From contig OZ320321.1 of assembly GCA_976226885.1 (NCBI GenBank), forward strand, positions 27,962,001 through 28,026,000: a stretch of 64,000 bases of DNA. The letters run 5' to 3'. Of the stretch, positions 1 through 9,052 are shown one piece after another. The notes beneath the pieces are model-generated. The model ran no database searches, was not told the origin of the DNA, and worked only from the letters and a program-made list of their open reading frames with translations. The stretch comes from Iphione sp. A-MEVVRFRX5 (lineage: Eukaryota). Position 1 is the first letter of the stretch. Each line of letters starts with the position of its first letter. A program made the position numbers and the translations under genes.

Positions 1-477
1 TGTATTCCTATGTTTGTAAAATGATCATTTAGGTGATTGGCCAGCTGTACGGTGTCCGTGACCATGTTTCCCTGTATGCTGAGTTTGGTGATTGTGGTGT
101 CATCTGACTTCTTGCTAGGTAGTAAGGTTTTCAATTGTTTCCAGTATTTCTGTGGTTCATGTTTGTATCGTTGGAGTTTACTTGTGATGTACTTGCGCTT
201 TGCTTGTCTAATTACTGAGTTTAGTTTGTTTTGGACTTTCTTTGCTTGTTGTAGTGTGTTGTTGTCTCATTTAGTTCTGTAGTATATTGAGTTGATTGCT
301 ATTAATAGTGCTATTAAGCCATGTTTCTGTTATGCATAGTATATCAATATTATTGTGGGCAAGCTCAGCTTGCAGAAGATCTACCTTATTTTTCAGACTT
401 CTGATATTGGCATGGACTATATTTAGTCCACGTTTGTTCAATTCATTCACATCTGATAGTACAGTGTTTGTTGTCAT
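1..477 (-). pseudogene. ORF2 of LINE copy A: endonuclease N-terminus fused by an internal deletion to the EN-RT linker, with frameshift and in-frame TGA
   Basis: MTTNTVLSDVNELNKRGLNIVHANIRS...ETWL aligns to the ORF2-B start. From 281 downward another frame reads YRTK*DNNTLQQAKKVQNKLNSVIRQAKRKYITSKLQRYKHEPQKYWKQLK, aligning to ORF2-B residues 328 onward; stop at 267-269. Confidence 0.88.
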
Positions 478-1050
478 GTATATCCTATCAAGCAGAAAAG
501 ACGATAAGGTGCCTTCTCAGCACAGACAAATAGGGGCGATGCGGTCAAGCTTGTATTTAACTATTCGAATTGGGGGAATATTGTAAGATGAGTTGTATTA
601 TGTGTAAGGAATGTTCTTTAGGTAGGTGATATTAGTGTTGCTGTTATTATTATAAGTTATGTACCATAGCAATGTGAATAATAAATCGTATTGCATTACT
701 TGGAAGCGAATACCTCGAGGACAGTGTCGGACGGTGACAGAAAATGTGTCACCGGTTCCGGTTTCGTTAATTATGCATGTCCATTGTGACGTATTTCCGG
801 TACATCTGACGTACTGTCTATTGTCCTTGAGTGAATATTTCTATGACATATCTGATTATTGTGTTGACAATTAGTGAGTAATTGATAACATATACCGTCA
901 ATATGTAGAAATAATAGCCATAAAGGTCAGATGTTGTGAATAAAGTCGCTGTACCATGTTAATTATTATATAGAGTGAAGGGTGTACTATTTCGTGGTCT
1001 TGCAGACCGGGTTGGCCGAGGCCGAGAGAGTTTCTGTGTTGGGTTCAGTA

Positions 1051-1914
1051 CTAGTTTTCCATTCCTTCAGTGAACAGAATAGCAGGACTGGTCTGGGTGA
1101 GTTTCACAAAGACCATGCCGTTGAGAGTCCAGGCTCCTGCAAATCTGCCTGACTTTACAAGCATTCTTGCTTTGTAATACTTCACTCGATTTGTCTCTGA
1201 CAGATCCTCGTTAAGGTACACTCCCCTAGCTACCCTTCCCAGAGTTGTTCTCTTTGCATAGACCTGCTGCTTTAAACTCTCTCTAAGGAAAGATACATAT
1301 AATGGCCTGGTCTTATTAGCTTCTTTCTTACCTATTCTGTAAACGTGATCGAAATCTTCATTTTTAACCTGTGTATCGAGACCCAGTTTGTTGAGTATTG
1401 TAGTTAGTCCTTCAACGTCAGGTTGTTGGGTCTCAGGTATCCCTACAATTTTGAGTGCCTTATTTCTAGCCCTGTTCTCAAGTTCTTCTGTCCTACTAAC
1501 TGTGCTAATGGTATTATTGGTGACGTCCACCATTTGGGTTTCAACCGCTTCAAGTCTGTCGTCAAAGTGGTTGAACATTTCCTGTCTTGTTGTCCTTATT
1601 GCCTTATCAATGATTCTCTCCAGTTCATGTTTGCTAGTCGAGATGGTGGACATTCTTGAGACTGTAGTGTTCATAGATGCACTCGATTCACTAGCAGTTG
1701 CCTTGGGTGAGGATGTTGGGGATGTTGAGGTGCCAGGTGTAGGCTCTTGTTCATGTGTGGTGGATTCACTAGCCTTGGAGTCACTGGCAGGCTTTTTCCC
1801 TTCAATTTCCTCCTTGGTGAAGCCATGGAAGGAGGACGTCGAAGAGTCACTGGATGCGCTGGGCTTCCTTGTGGGTGTCTTAGCCTTTTTCGGTTTAAAA
1901 ACCTTGAGTGGCAT
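1051..1914 (-). CDS. LINE ORF1 protein (L1-ORF1p/Transposase_22-like coiled coil, RRM, CTD), copy A
   Basis: Open frame; first ATG at 1914 (the track start at 1944 is TTG). Motifs LKIVGIPE, YRIG, RPLYVSF, VYLNEDLS, AWTLNG; Ser/Thr-rich disordered N-terminus. Confidence 0.88.
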   Translation of the reverse strand: MPLKVFKPKKAKTPTRKPSASSDSSTSSFHGFTKEEIEGKKPASDSKASESTTHEQEPTPGTSTSPTSSPKATASESSASMNTTVSRMSTISTSKHELERIIDKAIRTTRQEMFNHFDDRLEAVETQMVDVTNNTISTVSRTEELENRARNKALKIVGIPETQQPDVEGLTTILNKLGLDTQVKNEDFDHVYRIGKKEANKTRPLYVSFLRESLKQQVYAKRTTLGRVARGVYLNEDLSETNRVKYYKARMLVKSGRFAGAWTLNGMVFVKLTQTSPAILFTEGMEN

Positions 1915-2243
1915 AGTGAAAAGATTACCCAGGGTTGATAACAATAGTTCATAAATTTGTCAAAATTGCAGGAGTGCCGTAATAGCTGTATTGCTAGGGA
2001 AAGTTCATTGGGTAGCAACCATAAACAAAGCTTCGTCAGCCATCTTGGTTGTTACGTGGTGGACTGCAATTATTTCTCGTTGATTGGACTGTTTTCAGTT
2101 CATTGGGATGCCAACTTTTGCCTCCTGCGTGGTCTCTGGGCCTTTAGAAATTAATGTTGCCGTTGGGGAGAGTGGTTTTTCATTAATTCCCTTTAATTTC
2201 TTTGAAAAAGCACAGAGCGCATTTAGCCCCTAGTCGTCATGTC

Positions 2244-2261
2244 CCGCGCATGCGCAGAACT
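2244..2261. promoter_or_regulatory. NRF1-type GCGCATGCGC motif at the 5' end of LINE copy A
   Basis: CCGCGCATGCGCAGAACT, identical to 7354-7371; core matches the NRF1 consensus YGCGCAYGCGCR. Confidence 0.55.
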
Positions 2262-2692
2262 CCACGTTAGAGGAGGCAGTTATTGAACATTCTCTCTCAG
2301 TCGCCCCTTACAGAGAGTACCGCCTATAAGAATCTAGGTGATATTTTTTTTTTTTTTATTTCGGTAATTTCTACAACAACATAACTTCAGCCACTTGGCT
2401 GGTCTTCAGTTTGCTGCTGGTGAATTTGAGAGTATACAATCTTTTATGGATATAGAGTACTTTATACAATGTTTATCTACATTTCACTATGTATTTGCTA
2501 TATACAATTATAAATATAATATTTCGTATTTTGACACACACATTCGATACTGGTGAATTTTGCATTTTCAACATAACATAATATATCCTTTTGAGTTATA
2601 TATATCCGTTAAGTACAATAAGAAAAAAGAATATATATTACTATTTGTATCACACTTCTAGATCACATTTGTGCCTTTATACCTGGTAGATT

Positions 2693-5596
2693 TTAAACCA
2701 ATTCCAATAAGCTTTTCAAGTTAATAGATAATTCTCGCCATTGTCTCACTATATCTTTTTTGAAAATGAATATATTTTCATAGTCTCTTGAATACAGTTT
2801 GCTCGAATTCCACAATTTTACAACTCTTGAGTATGAAGTCTTCAATATAGGTCCTTTCACTTTGTTTATATTGTCAAATGGATCACTTATATGGTCACGC
2901 AGGTCATATACCACTTGCTTTTCTTTATAAGTACTGTTCAAATATCCTGGTAGTTGTTTATGTGCTGCTCTATAACCATGCATTAATAGATGCAATCGTA
3001 TCCTGTCTTGAACTAACATAATATTTGCTAGTTCATGCACTTCTGCAGTTGGGGTCATATGATTCAGTACAAGTGCATTTTTAATAACTCTATTTTGACA
3101 CTTCTGAATTTGCTTTAGCTGTTTCATTGTGACATTTGACCATATCGTGTCCATATAGTCTATATGTGGTATAAACAACATTTTGATTAACATTAATTTT
3201 ATATCTCTTGGAAACCATTTATTACATTTGGATAATAGCATCATTTGTATGTGGAGTTTCTTTAATAGTTGTTGAACATGAAATTTAAAATTTAGTTTGT
3301 TATCCAAATATAGTCCTAAATACTTATATACGTTAACACATTGAATTGGTGATCCATTTAACATTACAGGAGTAGTTAGTTGCACATTTCTATTATTCGG
3401 TGTTACAAGCATATATTGCGTTTTTGATATATTTAAAGAGAGTGAATTACTACACATCCAATTGAAAATTTTTGTTAACTTATTGGTTGCTACAGAACAT
3501 AGTGTACTGGGGTCCTTATGTTGGATAATTAAAACTGTGTCATCCGCATACATCGAAAAAGTATCAGGACTTAAAATATTTGATAAATCATTTATAAACA
3601 ATATAAATAATATTGGTCCCAAAACACTTCCTTGGGGGACACCAATTCGTACATCACAAGAACTTGTAGATATCTCCATGCCAATTTTTGTTTTTTGGGT
3701 TCTAAGATTTAAATAATTTTGAAGAAGTTTATATGCTCTACCTCTGAAGCCATACACATGTAATTTTTTCATTATCTGTGCATGCTGAATAGTATCGAAT
3801 GCTTTTGATATATCAAGGAAAATGGGCATGGAATATAGTTTAGCATCTTTATTTTCTAGCAACCGATTTACCACATATTGTGCCATATAAGAGGTGCTAT
3901 ACCCCGCTCTATAACCCCCTTGATAATCTGTTAATATTTTACTGTAATTTAGATATTTCATCATACGTACGTGTATAATCTTTTCTATAATCTTATGAAA
4001 TAAGCACAAAACAGAAATTGGTCTATAATTGCTCATATCAGTTGCATCCCCATTTTTATAGAGAGGAGTAACTAAAGCACATTTCCAGGCTATTGGAATA
4101 TATGATTCATTAATTATTCTGTTATAGAAGTTCACCAGGCCTTCTGATAGTCCCTTCTTAATATCTTTAATCAGTTTCATTGGGACCATTTTTAAGCCTG
4201 TTGGTTTGCTGTTTGACATTTTGCTTATAATGTTTTCTATTTCTAATGGGGTTGTGTATTCCAATTTGGAAAAAATATTCTTTGATGGTATTATACTCTC
4301 AGGACTATTCTGTTTAGGGATGGTTTGACTTAAATTAATTCCAATAGTTGCAAAGTGTGTATTCATACAATTTGCAATATTCTGTGCTCCAGTTACTTTC
4401 TTTCCATTGTCTCTTATTTCATATATTTCGATTCCTGTTTTAGTCTTTGAAGGAACAACTTCTTTCAACAATTTCCAATATTCTCCTGGTTCATTTTTAA
4501 CTGTTTTCAATTTTTCTCTGAAATATGCTTGTCTTGATGATCGTAATTTTGAATTAAAGATATTTCTTGCAGTTTTGTAATTGCTATGAGATTCATTACA
4601 CCTTTTTGATGTGTATTCTTTCAAAAAGCCATTTTTTCTTTTTTGTAATTCAATCAAATCCTTTGTCAGCCATTTCGGCATGTTGATTGGTATCTTTTTC
4701 TTAACTATTGGGATGTTATCATTAATTGCAGTGGTAATTATTGAATTAATTCTGGACCATGTCTCATCAATTTCTTCATCCTCGTTAATTTCTAATAACT
4801 TTTCTTTAATTGTGGTGTTAATTGAAGCAGGAGAATATTGTTTATAGTCTCTACATGAAACATGTTTGTATTCAGGCTTTTTGTGATACATCTTACGCTT
4901 TGCAAAGATCCACCTATGATCAGATAGAGTATTTTCTATGACTCCATGTGTTGCATATTTTTCTGGGTTTGTGGTCAAGAACAGATCAATTATTGTCGCT
5001 GACTTTTCAGTTTTTCTAGTTGGTAAGTCTATGACATTTTTCATTCCATTAACTCTTTCAAAAGTTTTAAGTGACTTATATTGATTTGTTCTTGTGTTGC
5101 AATAATCAACATTAAAATCACCCATAATGACAATCTCTTTGTGGTTTGTTTTACAATCATCCATAATCTTATGAAGTCTATCAAAAAATGCAACACTGTT
5201 TCCATCAGGTGGTCGATAGATTAATAGTAATAACATACGAACATATTTTGATTGTAAAGTACATGTTATACATTCAATATCACTATTGGATATACAATAC
5301 GAGTGATTTATATTTACCGTGATATTACATGTCTTTTTTACGTAAAGTAGTAAGCCTCCACCTCTTGTTCGTTTTCCAAGGTGTCTATTGAGCCTAAAAA
5401 TACTATAATTGTTAATTTCGACCATATTATCCATTATTTCCTTTTTTAACCATGTTTCAGTTATTCCAATTATATCAATGTTCTGATAGCATAGATCCAT
5501 TTGTAATTCTGGCAGTTTAGGTAAAACGCTTCTAATATTCAAATGAGCAAAATTTATACCTCTTTTGTTAATATTTTGTATATCAGATAATTGCAT
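2693..5596 (-). CDS. LINE ORF2: AP-like endonuclease plus reverse transcriptase
   Basis: APE motifs NIRS, ETWL, IYRPP, GDFN, IDLFL, SDH; RT motifs YRPIS, DISKAFD, PQGSVLGP, YADD, YKYLG; uninterrupted 967 aa; no C-terminal zinc knuckle seen. Confidence 0.97.
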   Translation of the reverse strand: MQLSDIQNINKRGINFAHLNIRSVLPKLPELQMDLCYQNIDIIGITETWLKKEIMDNMVEINNYSIFRLNRHLGKRTRGGGLLLYVKKTCNITVNINHSYCISNSDIECITCTLQSKYVRMLLLLIYRPPDGNSVAFFDRLHKIMDDCKTNHKEIVIMGDFNVDYCNTRTNQYKSLKTFERVNGMKNVIDLPTRKTEKSATIIDLFLTTNPEKYATHGVIENTLSDHRWIFAKRKMYHKKPEYKHVSCRDYKQYSPASINTTIKEKLLEINEDEEIDETWSRINSIITTAINDNIPIVKKKIPINMPKWLTKDLIELQKRKNGFLKEYTSKRCNESHSNYKTARNIFNSKLRSSRQAYFREKLKTVKNEPGEYWKLLKEVVPSKTKTGIEIYEIRDNGKKVTGAQNIANCMNTHFATIGINLSQTIPKQNSPESIIPSKNIFSKLEYTTPLEIENIISKMSNSKPTGLKMVPMKLIKDIKKGLSEGLVNFYNRIINESYIPIAWKCALVTPLYKNGDATDMSNYRPISVLCLFHKIIEKIIHVRMMKYLNYSKILTDYQGGYRAGYSTSYMAQYVVNRLLENKDAKLYSMPIFLDISKAFDTIQHAQIMKKLHVYGFRGRAYKLLQNYLNLRTQKTKIGMEISTSSCDVRIGVPQGSVLGPILFILFINDLSNILSPDTFSMYADDTVLIIQHKDPSTLCSVATNKLTKIFNWMCSNSLSLNISKTQYMLVTPNNRNVQLTTPVMLNGSPIQCVNVYKYLGLYLDNKLNFKFHVQQLLKKLHIQMMLLSKCNKWFPRDIKLMLIKMLFIPHIDYMDTIWSNVTMKQLKQIQKCQNRVIKNALVLNHMTPTAEVHELANIMLVQDRIRLHLLMHGYRAAHKQLPGYLNSTYKEKQVVYDLRDHISDPFDNINKVKGPILKTSYSRVVKLWNSSKLYSRDYENIFIFKKDIVRQWRELSINLKSLLELV

Positions 5597-6182
5597 TATA
5601 ATTAATGTAATAGATTTTTAACAAATGTACATAAGTTTCTACTATATTCGGGCACTTCTTTGATAATTTTTGTATCATTACTGTTGAAAGCAAATAAGCA
5701 CTCAGAAGAGTGATGATGAGAGACAAGAAAATCAAGTATAGCTCGCTCTCGTAAATTTTGTTTTTACTACCGATTGATCGTAAAATACATTGTGGCGCTA
5801 TCTGGTGTTATTACGACAATTTACATCGCCACAGGAAGTTACGTAGTTTGTATTACGTCATTACGTCATTTCATATGTTGCGTAAAGCATCGTTATATCA
5901 CTATGACAACTACTGTCAACAATATGTAACAGAGTGATACTTTTGCTCTATATTAGATCACTTCATAGGATTAGTATAAAAGAAAACAATTTCTGAAGAA
6001 AATTACAATAGCTGGAAAATAGTACAAGCAATTAAATTGTTATGCGAATTCACCAGCAGCAGTATACCGAGTTGTCTCGTTACGTAAATCTTTTGAAACA
6101 ACAAAATAGCTATAAAGTTGAGAGTTACATTGTCATATATATTACTGGTTAAATGTTACACGAGCAAACATTGTCATATACA

Positions 6183-7103
6183 TTACTGGTTAAATGTTAC
6201 ACGAGCAAACAAATCTGCAGGTGCGTTTTCAACAACCTTGCAATATACCTGGCCATTACTTGTCCATGCAGAATGCAACCTGCCTGCCTTAACATCTGCT
6301 CTTGCCAAGAAGTAGAGGTTACGATTGTCATTGCTAAGGTCCTCATTGATATAGACATTTCTTCTCAGCTTGGATAGGCTTGTTCTTTTTCCATATATTT
6401 GTTGTTTCTGATATTCTCGAAGTAATGTTATGTAGATAGGTCGAGGTCTCGTCTCTCCTGGGGTGAACTTGCCCACTCGGTACAGCATATCGATGTCGGC
6501 AGCTACTACTTCTGGACTGATCTTCATATCACGGAAGAGTTTCAGCACTTCATTTCCATCTTCAGCGCCTCGTTCTGGAATCCCAAAAATCCTCAGTCCA
6601 CGATTACGAATTTGTTGTTCAACTTGTGCTACCCTTGATCTTGCTTCTTTCACTTCAACTTGCACCTTCTGCGCTGATTTCTTCACTTCATCAAGATTCC
6701 CCATCGTGTTCTCTACTGCCGTAGAAACTGCTTCATTCACCGCTTCGTTCACTGTAGTCGAGATGGAATTCTTGAACGATTCACTTGCAATGAACTTCTC
6801 CATCACACGATCAACTTGGGTTTCCCACAAATTGTCCTTGACATCATGTTGTTGAGTTGTACTGCACCCTGGTGTTACCATTACTGATGTTGAGGATTGT
6901 GATGATGCTGTCTCCGTTTTCGAGTTGGACTCAGCTACATCTTCGTTCCGTTGTCGATCAATTCCTGGTGCTTCGACTGGAGTACTCTGATGAACTATCT
7001 TCATCATCTCTCTGGCTTCTTCTTGTTTGGCCTGAAGTTTCTCTGATTTCTGCACCTCATCACTTGAAAAACCGTGAAACGACTCCTCTGAGCTGCTCTC
7101 CAT
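6183..7103 (-). CDS. LINE ORF1 protein (coiled coil, RRM, CTD), copy B
   Basis: 306 aa with LRIFGIPE, YRVG, RPIYITL, VYINEDLS, AWTSNG; clearly homologous to ORF1 of copy A. Confidence 0.92.
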   Translation of the reverse strand: MESSSEESFHGFSSDEVQKSEKLQAKQEEAREMMKIVHQSTPVEAPGIDRQRNEDVAESNSKTETASSQSSTSVMVTPGCSTTQQHDVKDNLWETQVDRVMEKFIASESFKNSISTTVNEAVNEAVSTAVENTMGNLDEVKKSAQKVQVEVKEARSRVAQVEQQIRNRGLRIFGIPERGAEDGNEVLKLFRDMKISPEVVAADIDMLYRVGKFTPGETRPRPIYITLLREYQKQQIYGKRTSLSKLRRNVYINEDLSNDNRNLYFLARADVKAGRLHSAWTSNGQVYCKVVENAPADLFARVTFNQ

Positions 7104-7353
7104 TTCAGTTCGCTCAATTCAAATCAAGCAATTCCAAAGCGAGGCTAGCACAAATTTGAATCTCTGTTCACTTAAGAAATTCTTATGTCTGTAGTTCACT
7201 ACTTGCGCTGTTTCTTGTATTCACTTGATGTTCAGTAGTGCCTATGTATATTCAGCTGATATATTGTCGTATTTTTTCAGCAAAAATGTCCTTTTTAACC
7301 CTTTGTTCGGTTAAATTACTGAGGAGCTAACACTCGGTCGGTCTCACACCTAT

Positions 7354-7371
7354 CCGCGCATGCGCAGAACT
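7354..7371. promoter_or_regulatory. NRF1-type motif at the 5' end of LINE copy B
   Basis: CCGCGCATGCGCAGAACT, identical to 2244-2261. Confidence 0.55.
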
Positions 7372-7769
7372 GCGCCTATATACGGTTATAGGAATCGATT
7401 CCCACCCCAAATGCTCCGAACTTTGTTACCACCATTCACACTGAATTCAATTTTGTCTAACTCAATGGGCTCCTGGAGAGGAGGGAGCGGGAGGGGGTCA
7501 ACCCTTCCGTGGGAGACAGGTGAGACAATGTCGGCTTTTGACCTTCAAAATATAACTAAGCCTGTAAATGACTTCAATGTCATTGGTCTGGTGACCTTTC
7601 ACTGACGTGAGGCATCGGTCAAGACGCTGCAGGCAGTCGAGTAACTTTAAGTGTAGTTCTACCATGAAGAAGTATTTATTTATTAAAATATCTTAATTTC
7701 AACTTGATTATTTTGACCAGTAACCCGTTCTTTCAACCTTTCAGTCCGATATCTTCAAGTCAGTATGGT

Positions 7770-8110
7770 TAGAATTAACCTTGAGGTTAACCTCCAATGC
7801 AGGCATGCTAGGCAAAACAAACTTGTACAGTTACCATTCACTGAAGCCATGCTAGAACCACTTTAAATATTGAAACGATGACAATGAATTAACCTTGAGG
7901 ATACCCTTCACTCAAACCATACTAGAACCACTTTTCAATGCTAAAACAGTGACACTGGATTAACCTTCAGACTACCCTTCACTGCAACCATGCTACAACC
8001 ACATTTAATGTTAAATTGAAACCCCTGGTTGCCGTTTACCATAGATATGCTTGAAACACTTATAGCGTCAAAACAAGGACAGCATTGAATTCGCCCCGAG
8101 ACGCTGCCTG
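7770..8110. repeat. Degenerate ~72-bp tandem repeat
   Basis: Recurrent GAATTAACCTTGAG...CCCTTCACT...CCATGCTAGAACCAC units; anchors about 72 bp apart near 7886 and 7958. Confidence 0.7.
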
Positions 8111-9002
8111 TGCTGTGAGAGACTTACCTGACATCACATGATCTGAACAAGTATTTTTGTACACTTGGAAATGTTTTTAATGTGAGGGTAAACATCAGCC
8201 GCGTCGAACGCAAAGATCTGGTTGCCTTTGCTTCAAGTTACCTTTTACATGAAGCCAGTAACTCGAGCCCACAACCCCCCCCCCCCCCACGACCACCCAC
8301 CACCAGGTTGTTTTCGCTGACATTATCAACGATCCACATTTATCTTTCAAAAGAAGACTGAAATCTGACTTCAAATACATATACACCATCATCCACTGAC
8401 GAACCGACAATAACGACATAGCGCCCCACCTGGCGGCGGGGGGTGGAGGAAAGCACTAAAACTCTTTGGAAACTTTTCACCTGACGTTCGAGCAACTTGG
8501 GGCTCCCTCCCTCCCCCCCCCCCTCCATCTCTCGGGGATGAGTGCCTTTTTGCGACATTTATCAAACAGTATATACAAATGGCGGGCGGGTGCGGGCTTC
8601 TACTAATGATTCACGGGGAGGGGATCGATGCTAACCGCAGAACGAGGAGAAGTCGAAGCCCGCCGTCCGTCTCCGCGTATTTCGATAGCGTAATGAGACG
8701 GAATCAAAGCCGCATATGGTCGTGAGTGGTATAAAGGGGTTACCCATGTCACACTGTAGATCAGTAGGAGAAAAACAGACTCCTGGGGGTTGGGGGAGAG
8801 GAGGAGGGGAAGCTTCAAAGGAGACGGGACCCGTTTAGGTAATTGGGAGCTGGCATCTCTTGGTGCTGGTTTTCCTCCGCCTCGGATCGACCCCGGCTGC
8901 CTGAGAGGCAAAAGAAGACGGAAAGTCACTCTCGGTGCGTTCAGGGTGCTCGATGACGTATGAATATATACGTGCGCGTGCATGTGTGCGTGCGGGCATG
9001 CC

Positions 9003-9004
<2 letters not shown>

Positions 9005-9050
<46 letters not shown>
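9005..9050. repeat. (TG)n microsatellite
   Basis: Directly visible. Confidence 0.98.

Positions 9051-9052
<2 letters not shown>

Larger units (their letters stand above)
1..2262 (-). mobile_element. CR1/L2-group non-LTR retrotransposon copy A (5' region: 5'UTR, ORF1, spacer, deleted ORF2 start; runs off the left edge)
   Basis: ORF1 with L1-ORF1-type RRM/CTD motifs; APE start (NIRS, ETWL) at 477; linker region (KYWKQLKTLLPSKK) homologous to ORF2 of the adjacent element; 5' boundary taken at the shared NRF1-type motif and is approximate. Confidence 0.9.
2344..7371 (-). mobile_element. Full-length, apparently intact CR1/L2-group LINE (copy B)
   Basis: 5'UTR, ORF1 (306 aa), 586-bp spacer, ORF2 (967 aa APE-RT), ~335-bp 3'UTR with stem-loop at 2388-2401, poly(A) tail (poly-T at 2344-2357 on +). 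Confidence 0.95.

Noticed and set aside
1388-1954. 188-aa plus-strand ORF, and similar ORFs at 6463-6855, 6857-7159, 58008-58592 and 60784-61104
   Set aside because: Antisense shadows of real coding regions (ORF1s, DNAAF1 exons) with Ser/Val/Leu-biased content and no independent motifs.
2320-7400. Target-site duplication for LINE B (CGCCTATA at ~2321 and 7373)
   Set aside because: The shared 8-mer does not abut the poly(A) tail and its flanks differ, so it is not a valid TSD.
7470-7630. Possible minus-strand exon RLDRCLTSVKGHQTNDIEVIY for the AK-like gene
   Set aside because: Weak acceptor, no convincing donor, and no recognisable AK homology.
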